64,000 bases of DNA, from contig CM059433.1 of assembly GCA_030390025.1 (NCBI GenBank), forward strand, positions 5,828,001 through 5,892,000, read 5' to 3'. Of the stretch, positions 40,101 through 54,809 are shown in pieces. How positions within the stretch are numbered: the first letter of the stretch is position 1; every line of letters begins with the position of its first letter. A program made the position numbers and the translations under genes. The notes beneath the pieces were generated by a model. That model did not search any database. It saw nothing but the letters and a program-made list of their open reading frames with translations, and was not told where the DNA came from. Source of the DNA: Squalus acanthias. Its lineage: Eukaryota.

Positions 40101-43100
40101 AATATCTGACGAATTGCGAATGTAACTGAGTAACTGCTGCAGCGATGACCTGGGGCTGAGATAATTGGCTTCCAATAACCACAGGCATCTTCCTTTGTGC
40201 AAGATATGACACCATCCAGTGGAGTGTTTTTAGCCGATCACCATTGACTTCACTTTTACTAGGGCTCCTTGGTGCCACACTCGGTCAAATGCTGCCTTGA
40301 TGTCAAGGACAGTCACTCTCACTTCACCTCTGGAATTCAGCTCTTTTGTCCATGTTTGGCCCAATGCTGTAATGAGGTCAGGAGCCAAATGGTCCTGGCG
40401 GAAAGCAAACTGGGCATTGGGGAGCTGGTTATTTGTGCTTTATTCGTGCCTCGTGATAGCATTGTCGATGGCAGCTTCCATCACTTTGCTGATGATGGAG
40501 AGATGGCTGATGGGGTGGTAACTGGCTGTTGGATTAGTCCCGCTTTTTGCGGACTGGCCATACCTGACCAATTTACCATTTTGTCGGGTAGTTGCTAGTA
40601 TGGGAACAGTTTGGCTAGAGGTGCAGCTTGTTCTGGAGCACAGGTCTTCAGCACTGCAGCCGGGATGTTGTCGGGGCCCATAGCCTTTGCTGTATCCAGT
40701 GCGCTCTACCGTTCTTGATATCACGTGGAGTGAAGTGAATTGGCTGGAGACTGGCTTCTGTGATGGTGGGACCTCAGGAGGAGGCCGAGATGCATCATCC
40801 ACTTGGCACTTGTGACTGAAGATGGTTGCGAAGGCTTCAGCCTTGTCTTTTGCACCCACGTGCTGTGCTCCGCCAGCCTTCAGGATGGGAATGTTCAAGG
40901 AGCCTCCTCCTCCCGTCAGTTGTTAATTGTCCATCGCCATTCCCGACTGGATGTGGCAGGACTGCAGAGCTTTGATCTGATCCATTGGGTGTGGGATCGC
41001 TTAGCTCTGTCTATAGCACGCTGCCTCCGCTGTTTAACATGCATATAGTCCTGTGTTGTAGCTTCACCAAGTTGGTTTCTGATTTTCAGGTACACTTGGT
41101 GCAGCTCCTGGCATTCTCTTCAACACTCCTTATTGAACCAGGGCTGGTTTGATGGTAATGGTAGAATGAGGGATATGCCTGGCCATGAGGTTACAGATTA
41201 TGGTGGAATACAATTCTGTTGCTGCTGATGGCCCACAGCGTCTCATGGATGCCCAGTTTTGAGTTGCTAGATGTGTTCTTAATCTATCCCATTTAGCACA
41301 GTGTTAGTGCACAGAACACGATGAAGGGGTGTCCTCAGTGACTCGGAAGTACCATGATTGACCAAGCTGGCTGAGTCCTGAAGGACATAGCAGCCAGACT
41401 GACTCACGGCAGGTGGTGAGAGAACAAACACGAGCCTCTACCGAGCAACACTTGGTGATGGACATTGAAGTCCCCCACCCAGAGTACTTTCTGTGCACCA
41501 GCAGCCACAGTGCGCCGGAGGAGGAGGGAGTAAATGTTTAAGATGGTGGATGGGGAGCTGATTAAGCGGCCTGCTTTCCCTTGGATTGTCTCGAGCTTCG
41601 TGAGTGTTGTTGGAGCTGCAACTCCTGACTTGTGCCTTGTTGGGGGTGGAAAGGCCTTGGGGAGTCAGGAGGTGGTGAGTCACTTGCGCAGAATATCCAG
41701 CGTCTGACTAGCTCTTGTAGCCACAGTATTTATTGGGCTGATCTAGTTAATGATCTGGTCAAAGGTGATCCCCAGGATGTTGATGTTGGGGAATTCAACA
41801 ATGGTAATGTCATTGAATGTCATGGGGAGGTGGTTAGACTCTCTCTTGTTAGAGATGGTCATTGTCTGGCACTTGTGTGGCACAAATGTTACTTGCCACT
41901 TACCATCCCCAACCTGAATGTTGTCCAGGTCTTGCTGCATGTGGACACACAAAAAAAATCACGGGATTGGGGGTAATATACAGGCATGGGTGGAAGATTG
42001 GCTATCTAACAGAAAACAGAGAGTTGGGATAAATGGTTCATTCTCGGGTTGGCAATCAGTAACTAGTGGTGTTCCGCAGGGGTCAGTGCTGGGACCCCAA
42101 CTCTTTACAATCTATATTAACGATTTGGAGGAGGGGACCAAGTGCAACGTATCCAAGTTTGCAGATGATACAAAGATGGGAGGGAAAGCAGTGAGTGAGG
42201 AGGACATAAAAAACCTGCAAAAGGACATAGACAGGCTAAGTGAGTGGGCAGAAATTTGGCAGATGGAATATAATGTTGGAAAGTGTGAGGTTATGCACTT
42301 TGGCAGAAAAAATCAAAGAGCAAGTTATTATCTAAATGGAAAGAAACTGCAAAGTGCTTCAGTACAAAGGGATCTGGGGGTCCTGGTGCATGAAACACAG
42401 AAGGTTAGTATGCAGGTACAGCAGGTGATCAGGAAGGCCAATGGAATCTTAGCTTTTATTGCAAGGGGGATGGAGTATAAAAGCAGGGAAGTCTTGCTTC
42501 AGCTATACAGGGTACTGATGAGGCAACACCTGGAGTACTGCGTACAGTTTTGGTTTCCATATTTAAGAAAAGATATACTTGCTCTAGAGGCAGTTCAGAG
42601 AAGGTTCACTCGGTTGATTCCGGAGATGAGGGGGTTGACTTACGAGGAAAGGTTGAGTAGGTTGGGCCTCTACTCATTGGAATACAAAAGAATGAGAGGC
42701 GATCTTATCGAAACATATAAGATTGTGAGAGGGCTTGATCGGGGGGAGGCGGGGAGGATGTTTCCACTGATGGGTGAGACTAGAACTAGGGGGCATAATC
42801 TTAGAATAAGGGGCTGCCGTTTCAAAACTGAGATGTGGAGAAACTTCTTCACTCAGAGGGTAGTAAATCTATGCAATTTGCTACCTCAGAGAGCTGTGGA
42901 AGCTGCGACATTAAATAAATTTAAAACAGAGATAGACAGTTTCCTAGCTGATAAGGGAATTAAGGGTTATGGGGAGCGGGCAGGGAAGTGGACGTGAGTC
43001 TAGGTTCGGATCAGCCATGATCCTATTGAATGGCGGAGCAGGCCCGAAGGGTCGTATGGCCTACTCCTGCTCCTACTTCTTATGTTGTTATGTTCTTATG

Positions 43101-46100
43101 ACACAGACTGCCTCATTATCTGACAAATTGTGAATGTAACTTAACACTGTGCAATCAGCAGCAAACATCCCCACTTCTGAAGGTCATTAATAAAGCAGTT
43201 GAAGATGTTGGGCCGAGGACACTGTCCTGAGTAAATGCTGCAGAAATGACCTGGGGCTGAGATGATTGGCCTCCAATAACCACAACCATCTTCCTTTGTG
43301 CTAGATATGACACCATGCAGTGGAGAGTTTTCCCCCGATCACCATTGACTTCAGTTTTACTAGGGCTCCTTGGTGCCACACTCGGTCAAATGCTGCCTTG
43401 ATATCGAGTACAGTCACTCTCACTTCACCTCTGGAATTCAGCTCTTTTGTCAATGTTTGGACCAAGGCTGTAATAAGATCAGCAGCCAAGTGGTCCTGGC
43501 GGAAACCAAACTGGGCATCGGGGAGCAGGTTACTTGTGCGTTAGTGCCTCTTGATAGTATTGTCGATGACAGCTTCCATCACTTTGCTGATGTTGGAGAG
43601 ATGGCTGATGGGGTGGTAACTGGCTGTTGGATTAGTCCAGCTGTTTGCGGACTGGACATACCTGTCTAATTTATCACTTTGTCGGGTAGATGCCAGTACT
43701 GGATCAGCTTGGCTAGAGGTGCAGCTAGTCCTGGAGCACAGGTCTTCAGCTCTGCAGCCGGGATGTTGCCGGGGCCCATAGCCTTTGCTGTATCCAGTGC
43801 GCTCTACCGTTCTTGATATCACGTGGAGTGAAGCAAATTGTTTGAAGACTGGCTTCTGTGATGGTGGTGACCTTAGGAGCAGGCCGAGATACATCGTCCA
43901 CTTGGCACTTGTGGCTGAAGATGGTTGTGAAGGCATCAGCCTTGTCTTTTGCACTCACGTGCTGTGCTCCGCTATCGTCCTGTGTTGTAGCTTCACCAAG
44001 AAGCTTTCTCATTTTCAGATACACTTGGTGCAGCTCCTGGCATGCTCTTCAACACTCCTTGTTGAACCTGGGCTGGTTTGATGGTAATGGCAGAATGAGG
44101 GATATGCCAGCCCATGAAGTTACAGATTATGGTGGAATACAATTCTGTTGCTGCTGATGGGCCACAGCACCTCATGGATGCCCAGTTTTGAGCTGCTAGA
44201 TGTGCTCTGAATCTATTCCATTTAGTACGGTGGTAGTGCACAGAACACGATGAAGGGATGTCCTCACTGGCTCGGTAGTACCATGATTGACCGAGCTGGC
44301 TGAGTCCTGAAGGACATAGCAGCCAGAATGGTACACGGCAGGTGGTGAGAGAACAAACACAAGCCACTACCGAGCCACACTTGGTGATGGACATTGAAGT
44401 CCCCCACCCAGAGTACTTTCTGTGCCCCAGCAGCCACAGTACACCGGATGAGCAGGGAGTAAATGTTTAAGATGGTGGATCGGGAGCTGATTAAGCGGCC
44501 TGCTGTCACCTGGATTGTGTCGAGCTTCGTGAGTGTTGTTGGAGCTGCAACCATCCAGGCAAGTGGAAAATATTCCATCGCACTCCTGACTTGTGCCTTG
44601 TAGTGGGTGGAAAGGCTTTGGGGAGTAAGGAGGTGGTGAGTCACTTGCGCAGAATACCCAGCGTCTGACTAGCTCTTGTAGCCACAGTATTTCTTTGGCC
44701 GATCCAGTTAAGTTTTTGGTCAATGGTGACCCCCAGGATGTTGATGGTGGGGAATTCAACGATGGTAATACCATTGACTGTCATGGCGAGGTGGTTAGAC
44801 TCTCTCTTGTTGGAGATGGTCATTGTCTGGCACTTGTGTGGCACAAATGTTACTTGCCACTTATCATCCCCAACCTGATTGTTGTCCAGGTCTTGCTGCA
44901 TGTGGACACAGACAGCCTCATTATCTGACGAATTGTGAAAGTAACTTGACACTGTGTAATCAGCAGTGAACATCCCCACTTCTGAAATTAATAAAGCAGT
45001 TGAAGATGTTGGGCCTAGGACACTGTCCTGAGTAACTGCTGCAGCGATAAACTGGGGCTGAGATGATTGTCCTCCAATAACCACAGGCATCTTCCTTGTG
45101 CTAGATATGACACCATCCAGTGGAGAGTTTTCCTCCGATCACCATTGACTTCGGTTTTACTCGGGCCCCTTGGTGCCACACTCGGTCAAATGCTGCCTTG
45201 ATGTCGAGGACAGTCACTCTCACCTCACCTCTGGAATTCAGCTCTTTTGTCCATGTTTGGCACAAGGCTGTAATGAGGTTAGGAGCCAAGTGGTCCTGGC
45301 GGAAACCAAACTGGGCATCGGTGAGCAGGTTATTTGTGCATTAGTGCCTCTTGATAGCATTGTTGATGACAGCTTCCATCACTTTGCTGATGATGGAGAG
45401 GTGGCTGATGGGGTTGTAACTGGCTGTTGGATTAGTCCAGCTTTATGCGGACTGGACATACCTGGCCAATTTATCACTTTGTCGGGTAGATGCCAGTACT
45501 GGAACATCTTGGCTAGAGGTGCAGCTAGTTCTGGAGCACAGATCTTCATCTCTCTAGCCGGGATGTTGTCAGGGCCCATAGCCTTTGCTGTATCCAGTGC
45601 GCTCTACCATTCTTGATATCATGTGGAGTGAAGTGAATTGGCTGAAGACTGGCTTCTGTGATGGTGGGGACCTCAGGAGCAGGCCGAGATGCATCATCCA
45701 CTTGGCACTTGTGACTGAAGATGGTTGCGAAGGCTTCAGCCTTGTCTTTTGCACTCACGTGCTGTGCTCCGCCATCGTTGAGGATGGGTATGTTCATGGA
45801 GCCTCCTCCTCTCGTTAGTTGTTTAATTGTCCATCACCATTCACGACTGGATGTGGCAGGACTGCAGAGCTTTGATCTGATCCATTGGGTGTGGGATCGC
45901 TTAGTTCGGTCTATAGCAATGTTCCTGCTGTTTAACATGCATATAGTCCTGTGTTGTAGCTTCACCAAGTTGGTATCTGATTTTCATGTAAACCTGGCAT
46001 GCTCTTCAACACTCCTCATTGAACCAGGGTTGGTTTGATGGGAATGGTAGAGGGAGGGATATATCAGCCCATGAAGTTACAGAGTGTGGTGGAATACAAT

Positions 46101-47056
46101 TCCATTGCTGCTGATGGCCCACAGCGCCTCCTTGGTGCCCAGTTTTTAGCTGCTACATCTCTTCTGATTCTATCCCATTTAGTACGGTGGTAGTGCCACA
46201 CAACACAATGAAGGGTTGTCCTCAGTGTGAAGACGGGACTTCATCACCACAAGGACTGTGCGGTGGTCACTGCGACCAATACTGTCATGGACAGATGCGT
46301 CTGTGACAGGTAGATTGTTGAGGATGAGATCAAGTAGCTTTTTTCCTCGTGTTTGTTCTCTCACCACCTGCTGTGAGCCCAGTCTGGCAGCTATCTCCAT
46401 GAGGACTTTGCCAGCTCGGTGAATAGTGGTACTACCGAGCCACTCTTGGTGATGCCCTAGCAGCCACAGTGCGCCGGATGAGGAGGGAGTAAATGTTTAT
46501 GATGGTGGATGGGGGGCTGATTAAGCGGACTGCTTTCTCCTGAATTGTGTCGCGCTTCTTGAGTGTTGTTGGATCTGCAACCATCCAGGCAAGTGGAGAA
46601 TATTCAATCACACTCTTGACTTGTGCCTTGTAGGTGCTAGAATGGTTTTGGGGAGTCAGGAGGTGAGTCACTTGCCAGCGAATACCCAGCCTCTGACCTG
46701 CTCTTGTATTTACGTGGACTGGCTAGTTACTTTGCTGATGATTGAGAGTAGACTGATGGGGCAGTAATTGGCCGGATTGGATTTTTCCTGCCTTTTGCGG
46801 AAAGGCCATACCTGCCCAATTTTCCACTTGATCAGGTAGAGGCCAGTACAGGAACAGCTTGGCTAGAGGTGCTGCTAGTTCTGGAGTGCAGGTCTTCAGC
46901 TCTACAGCTGTGATGTTGTTGGGGCCCCACAGCCTTTGCAGTATCCAGTACACTCTGACGTTTTCTGATATCAAGTGGAGTGAATTGAATTGGCTGAGGA
47001 CTGGCATCTATGAGAGTGGGGACCTCAGGAGGAGGCGGCAATGGATCCACTTGGCA
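40101..47056 (-). repeat. Head-to-tail ~1.8-1.9-kb copies of an internal segment of the CR1-group LINE
   Basis: The landmark ggacacagac(t/a)gcctcatt recurs at ~39317, ~41944/43100 and ~44905. The EN-to-RT rejoining junction is shared at ~41490 and ~44420. Confidence 0.85.
41950..43099 (+). mobile_element. 5'-truncated CR1, distinct subfamily, open RT C-terminus
   Basis: 359-aa ORF 41918..42997. TSD GACACA at 41944-41949 and 43100-43105. (TTATGTTC)n tail. Confidence 0.93.
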
Positions 47057-47140
47057 CTTGTACAGGGCCTTTGTGAGACCATACCTGGAGTACTGGGCAC
47101 AGTTTTGGTCTCCTTATCTAAGGAGGAATATACTTGCCTT

Positions 47141-50100
47141 GGAGGCGGTGCAACGAAGGTTCACTAGATTGATTCCTGGGATGAGAGGGCTGTCCTATGA
47201 TGAGAGATTGTGTAGAATGGGCCTATACTCTCTGGAGTTTAGAAGAATGAGAGGTGATCTCATTGAAACATACAAGATTCTGAAAGGGATTGACAGAGTA
47301 GATGCTGAGAGGTTGTTTCCCCTGGCTGGAGTGTCTAGAACTAGGGGGCATAGTCTCAGGATAAGGGGTCGGCCATTTAAGACTGAGATGAGGAGGAATT
47401 TCTTCACTCAGAGGGTTGTGAATCTTTGGAATTCTCTGGCCCCAGAGGGCTGTGGATGCTGAGTCTTTGAGTATATTCAAGGCTGAGACAGATAGATTTT
47501 TTAGACTCTAGGGGAATCAAGGGATATGGAGATCGGGCGGGAAAGTGGAGTTGAGGTCGATGATCACCCATGATCTTATTGAATGGCGGAGCAGGCTCGA
47601 GGGGCCGTATGGCCTACACCTGCTCTTATTTCTTATGTTCTTATGTTCTGCCTGGAGGTAGTTGCGAAAGAAGGAGATGAGGAGAGAGAAAACACAATAC
47701 AAAAGCTAGAGCTGATTTTAATCATTTATAAAAATGGACCAAATATAACACTAACCGTTTACATATTTTTGTCCATGGACGAACAAAATGCTGCCAATTA
47801 ATTCTCCCCTGAGGCTAACAGAACAGACTGCTGCTGATTGGAGACAAAGAGCTCGTGACACTTTCAAAATGAGGCCTGTATGAAGGGGAGGCAATGCCAT
47901 GTGACCCAGGCAGCTCCTGGAGGGCACTGAGTTCAAAGGGACGGTGAACCCAAGGTCTCTTCCTCCTCCTGTGTTCCCTCCGTCCTGTCCTCTCCCCATT
48001 TTAGATGCTGTCTTATTACAGCTGTTAAAATATGAGGACATTCACTGTATTTCCCACTCCATGAAAAAAAAACCAACAACGTGGGATTTTAAACATCTTT
48101 CGGTGTTACATTTCATACTTCATGTACAGATTGTGGACTTTGAGAAATACTTCACTGTAAAAATCTGTTTCATGTAACAATTAAAAAATTGTATTTACCT
48201 ACTTGTTGGTCAATGTTTTCATTTCAAACTTTCATCTCATCAACTTATGTAAATAGTCGATATTTATCAACACAGATAAATGTGAGTTATTACATTTTGG
48301 TAAGAAAAATATGGAGGTCACATATTACTTGGAAATAACTAATCTAAATGGGGTAGAAGAGCAAAGGGATCTCGGAGTACAAATACACAAATCACTGAAA
48401 GTAGCGACACAGGTTAACAAGGCCATAAAAAACGCAAGCACTGGGGTTTATTTCTGGAGGGATTGAATTGAAAAGTAGTGAAGTTATGCTAAAAATGAAT
48501 CGAACCTTGGTTGGACCACACTTGGAGTACTGCATACAATTCTGGACACCATATTATAAAAAGGAATTAGAGGCACTGAAGAGGGTGCAAAAAATGATGA
48601 GTAAAACATTAGAGCTGAAGGACAGGCTAGGGGGTGTGGCCCAAATAAGGGTTCTTATACAAATGCACAGAGTACAAGGAATAAATTGAATGAACTGCAG
48701 GCATGAATTCAAATTGGAGGGTATGACATTGTAGCTATTACTGAGACATGGCTGCAAGACGGTCAGGACTGGGAACTAAATATACCAGGTTATAAGGTCT
48801 ACAGGGAAGATAGGGAAAATGGCAGAGGGGGAGGAGTAGCCTTAGTGATTAAGGATGAAATCACTTCAATGATAAGAGAGGATTTAAGGAGAGGTAAGCA
48901 GGCAGTGGAGACATTATGGGTTGAATTATGAAATAAAGGATCTAAGACTGTAGTGGGAGTTGTGTATAGGCCCCCTGGTAGCAGCTGTGAAGTGCTAGAT
49001 TGTATAAATGAAGAGATTAGACAATCGTGTAGTAAAGGCAGAGTGTTTTTAATGGGGGATTTTAACTTTCATATAGATTGGGAAAAGCAGACTAGCACCT
49101 GTCAGAAAGGTAGTGAATTTCTTGAGTGTGTCCGGGATAGTTTTCTACAACAATATGTCCTAGAGGCAACAAGGGGGCAAGTCATATTAGATTTAGTAAT
49201 GGAGGCGGTGCAACGAAGGTTCACTCGATTGATTCCTGGGATGAGAGGGCTGTCCTATGGTGAGAGATTGTGTAGAATGGGCCTATACTCTCTGGAGTTT
49301 AGAAGAATGAGAGGTGATCTCATTGAAACATACAAGATTCTGAAAGGGATTGACAGGGTAGATGCTGAGAGGTTGTTTCCCCTCGCTGGAGTGTCTAGAA
49401 CTAGGGAGCATAGTCTCAGGATAAGGGGTCGGCCATTTAAGACTGAGATGAGGAGGAATTTCTTCACTCAGAGGGTTGTGAATCTTTGGAATTCTCTGGC
49501 CCCAGAGGGATGTGAATGCTGAGTCTTTGAGTATATTCAAGGCTGAGATAGTTAGATTTTTTAGACTCCAGGTGAATCAAGGGATATGGAGATCGGGCGG
49601 GAACGTGGAGTTGAGGTCGATGATCAGCCATGATCTTATTGAATGGCGGAGCAGGCTCGAGGGGCCGTATGGCCTACTCCTGCTCTTATTTCTTATGTTC
49701 TTCTGTTCTGCCTGGAGGTAGTTGCGAAAGAAGGAGATGAGAGAGAAAACACAATACAAAAGCTAGAGCTGATTTTAATCATTTATAAAATTGGGCCAAA
49801 TATAACACTAACCGTTTACATATTTTGTTAATGGACAAACAAAATGCTGCCAATTAATTCTCCCCTGAGGCTAACGGAACAGACTGCTGCTGATTGGAGA
49901 CAATGAGCTCGTGACACTTTCAGAATGAGGCCTGTATGGAGGGGAGGCGATGCCATGTGACCCAGGCAGCTCCTGGAGGGCACTGAGTTCAAAGGGACGG
50001 TGAACCCAAGGTCTCTTCCTCCTCCCGCTTTCCCTCCGCCCCGTCCTCTCCCCATTTTAGATGCTGTCTTATTACAAATGTTAAAATATGAGGACGTTCA

Positions 50101-51243
50101 CTGTATTTCCCACTCAATGAAAAAAAAATAACAACGTGGGATTTTAAACATCTTTCGGTGTTACATTTCATACTTCATGTACAGATTGTGGACTTTGAGA
50201 AATACTTCACTGTAAAAATCTGTTTCATGTAACAATTAAAAAATTGTATTTACCTACTTGTTGGTCAATGTTTTCATTTCAAACTTTCATCTCATCAACT
50301 TATGTAAATAGTCGATATTTATCAACACAGATAAATGTGAGTTATCACATTTTGGTAAGAAAAATATGGAGGTCACATATTACTTGGAAATAACTAATCT
50401 AAATGGGGTAGAAGAGAAAAGGGATCTCGGAGTACAAATACACAAATCACTGAAAATATCGTGACACAGGTTAACAAGGCCATAAAAAACGCAAGCACTG
50501 GGGTTTATTTCTAGAGGGATTGAATTGAAAAGTAGTGAAGTTATGCTAAACTTGAATCGATCCTTGGTTGGACCACACTTGGAGTACTGCATACAATTCT
50601 GGACACCATATTATAAAAAGGAATTAGAGGCACTGAAGAGGGTGCAAAAAATGATGAGTAAAACATTAGAGCTGAAGGACAGGCTAGGGGGTGTGGCCCA
50701 AATAAGGGTTCTTATACAAATGCACAGAGTACAAGGAATAAATTGAATGAACTGCAGGCATGAATTCAAATAGGAGGGTATGACATTGTAGCTATTACTG
50801 AGACATGGCCGCAAGACGGTCAGGACTGGGAATTAAATATACCAGGTTATAAGGTCTACAGGGAAGATAGGGAAAATGGCAGAGTAGCCTTAAGTGATTA
50901 AGTTTGAAATCACTTCAATGATAAGAGAGGATTTAAGGAGAGGTAAGCAGGCAGTGGAGACATTATGGGTTGAATTATGAAATAAAGGATCTAAGACTGC
51001 AGTGGGAGTTGTGTATAGGCCCCCTGGTAGCAGCTGTGAAGTGCTACATTGTACAAATGAAGAGATTAGACAATCGTGTAGCAAAGGCAGAGTGTTTTTA
51101 ATGGGGGATTTTAACTTTCATAGATTGGGAAAAGCAGACTAGCACCTGTCAGAAAGGTAGTGAATTTCTTGAGTGTGTCCAGGATAGTTTTCTACAACAA
51201 TATGTCCTAGAGGCAACAAGGGGGCAAGTCATATTTAGTAATG
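47141..51243. repeat. ~2.06-kb tandem duplication (47141-49200 / 49201-~51243)
   Basis: ggaggcggtgcaacgaagg at 47141 and 49201. Paired ORFs 47195/49255 and 48468/50525. Confidence 0.92.
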
Positions 51244-53400
51244 AGTAATGAGCCAGATTTAGTTAACAGCCTAACTGTGCGTGAACATTTATCCAATAGC
51301 GATCATAACATGATCGAGTTCAAAGTAGTGTTTGAAGGGGAGAAACACAAAACAGCTACTAAGATTCTAGATTTAGGTAAGGCCAACATCAACGGGATGT
51401 CCACAGTAAAGTGGGCAGATCTGTCACTGGGTAAAACAACAGAAGATCAGTGGGAGATGTTTAACAAATAATTTAAGGTGTTACAGAACCAGTTTATACC
51501 CCTGAGGGGCAAGAGCTCCACTTGCCAAAAAAGCCCATCCATGGACAACTAAAGAGGTAAAGGCCAGCATAAAGCTATAAAGGAAAGGGCATACAAAAAT
51601 GCAAAAAATAGCACAGATCCTGGCGAATGGGAAAGATACAAAGAACAGCAAAGGGTCACACAACAGTTAGTAAGAGCTGCTAAAAGGGAGTATGAAAAGA
51701 AACTTGCAAGGGCTATCAAAATCAATGCGAAGAATTTTTACAATTACATTAGGAAAAAGAGGGTGGTCAGGAGTAATGTTGGCCCCTTAAAAACAAAGTG
51801 GTGATATTGTCAATGACAATGGGGAAATGGCAGGCATGTTGAAAAATTACTTTGCATCAGTATTTACAGTAGAGAAAGAGGACAGCATGCCGGAAATCCT
51901 AAAGAAACTAATATTGAATCGGGGACAGGGACTCAATAAAATTAACGTAAGTAAAATAACAGTAATGAAGAAAATAATGGTACTAAAGAGCGACAAATCC
52001 CCAGGACCAGATGGTTTCCATCCCAGGGTTTTTAAGGAACTAGGAGCACATTGCAGAAGCCCTAATTATAATCTTCCAAAGTTCTCTAGATTCAGGAACC
52101 GTCCTTTCGTTTGGAAAATTGTACATGTTACTCCGCATTTTAAGAATGGCGAGAGAGGGAAACCAGTGAATTATAAACCAGTTAGCCTAACATCTGTTGT
52201 CGGGAAATGACTAGAGTCTATAATTAAGGATAGGGTGACAGAACACCTCAAAAATTTTCAGCTGATCAGAGAGAGCCAGCATGGATTTGTGAAAGGTACC
52301 ATTAATTGGAGGGAAACTAAAATAAATCAAGGGAATGCACTTATTGTATTCAATATTAGTAATAAAATGGTAATGGAGAAAATAATGAGACTAGGTTAGA
52401 TAAATCACCAGGACCTGATGGTTTCCATCCCAGGGTATTAAAAGAAGTGGGGAAATTGCAGAAGCATTAGCTATAATCATTCAAACTCTTGATTTGGGAA
52501 CTATGCTGTTAAACTCAAAAATTGCAAATGTCAGTCCATTATTTAAGAAGGGTGGGAGAGAGAAACCAGGTAACTACAGGCCTGTGAATTTAAAATCAAT
52601 TGTGGGGACGCTACTAGAATCTTTCATTAGGGATAGAGTGACTGAGCACTTGTCCAAATATGAGCTGATCAGAGAGAGCCAGCATGGTAAGACTTGGGTT
52701 GGAAGTTGGTTGGGAGGTAGGAGACAGTGATTGGGGATAAAGGGTTTGTACTCAGATTGGCAGAACGTGACAAGTGGATCTGTTCTGGAGCCTCAACTTT
52801 TTCCCATATTTATTACTCACTTGGATCAAGGAATAGAGCTGTATATCCAAGTTTTCAGATGACACTAAAGTTAGAGACACAGTAAGTAGTGCAGCTGGGA
52901 GCAGTAAGTTGTAAAACTATGACAGATGGACAAGTGTGAGGTCATCCACTTTGGACCTAAGAAAACTACATTTTCCAAATGTTGGGAAACTAGGAACTGT
53001 AGAGGAGCAAAGAGATTTGGGAGTCTAACTCCACAAACCATTTAAAACTAGTCGACAGGTACAAAAAGCAATAAATAAGGCCAATGGAAATTTGGCCTTT
53101 ATCTTAAGATGGCTGGATTACAAATAGGAAGAGTTGTAATCTTAAAATTTGTCCATTTAGGATGAAAATCATGAAGTACCTTTTCACACAAGGTATTAGA
53201 AATCTGGAATTCTCTCCCCAAAGGGCTGTGGATTCTAGGACAAGTGGAGCTTTTAAGATTGAGATTGATAGATTTTAGTTGGGAAAGGCTAACAAGGGAC
53301 ATGGAGCAAAGGTGGGTAAATAGATTTGAGGCACAGATCAGCAATGATCTAATTGAATGGCATTGGAGGCTGGAGGGGCTGAATGGCCGACTCCTGTTCC
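50680..53400 (+). mobile_element. Decayed CR1 ORF2 pieces (endonuclease through RT)
   Basis: YDIVAITETW, GVVYRPP, MGDFNF, SDHNMIEF, DKSPGPDGFHPRV and NYRPVNL motifs with many frameshifts. At least two nested copies. Confidence 0.85.
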
Positions 53401-54809
53401 GATCTTCCTTTCAATCTGCTTGGTTTCCAGTCAGGTTTTGTCAGGAGCAATAAAAATTCTTCATTCTTAATTCTGCTGCAGGGATTTCAAAAACATCGGT
53501 CATTTTCACGAAGGACTCGTCGCAGAATTCATTAAGATCTTGGAGCAAGACAATCGATCCTTCGATAAGAGTTCCTTTTACATCTATTTTTCCAGCTTAT
53601 GTGGGTTAGTTGCCTTTTTAAAGAAAGATGAATGAAACTTTTCTGAAAGGTTCTGTTACCGTTACAGACATCAAACAGTGAGCTGTACTTAACTCTATTC
53701 TTAACCTCCTTTGACCTCCCACCTAGTACACATTGGATTTAACCCTGTGCATGTGGCAGTGTTGAGATTTTGAACGATTCCCCCCAGGCCCCATCTCCAG
53801 AGCCCTGCGCTTGGTGACCCTGTTTGTAAATACTGCCCTCTACTGGCAGTTGCCAGTTTTTGTCTCCCACCCACACTGCTGCATTGTGAGGTGGAGCTTC
53901 TTCATTCACAATTAGTCAGCTCCGTTAACTCCAACACTGAGGTTTTCTTTCCCATTTTCTGGTCTGTATTTTACATTCACTGTTCACATTATTTGGTTTT
54001 GTGCGATGAGTTTAAACAACGGCTCTTTCCAGGAGCCCAGTTCAATGTATCACCTCTTATCGTCCTGTGGCAGATAGTCCCTGGTTTTCACCAGGGGGTG
54101 GATCTCCTTGTCATTCCCCAGATGAAATATGTTGGGGAGCCACGTGGTCTTCCACCCACACGTTAACCAGACATTCGGCTCCGGCCCTGGCAGATCTGAC
54201 TGCCCCGGCAGAGGAGTCCTGGCTGCTGTTGTTCCTTTTAATATTGTTTAGAATTAGGTGCCCCCTTCAATTCCAAGTTATTTGCCAATGTCCCAGATTC
54301 ATTGCTGACCGACCACCTCTGAGGGGCAGCTTTGGTGATCTACCAGTTGTGTAAGTGCGGAGAAACCACACTGAAGGATAAAGGAGAATTACTCATCCAG
54401 TAACAGGAAGCTCCGCATTTAACCATTTCTGGTTAGAAATCTGTGAGTTTTGAAAGAAGAGCCATCAAGTCACAGATATTTGTTTAAAGTCTCCATACTG
54501 CAAATACACAGGGCTAACCCCAGTTGTACATGGGTGGTCGGCCCTCCTTTGGGCAACAGGGATTAATCACTGCAGTAATTTCCCTTTTCTGTAACCTTGC
54601 TTTAAATGAATCGTACACAGACTGAGATTGAGATGGTTTTGTTGCCAGATGTAATTCCAGGATGTTCTATCTTCAGGCAGCAATGGATTATGTTTATGTT
54701 TATCACAGTCATGCTGACCAGAAGATTTAAAGGTGATGTGAAAAGAGACAATAGAAAATGGAAAATGTTGCAGAGCACAGAGTATTGAAGTTGTGAAATG
54801 TGAAATCAT

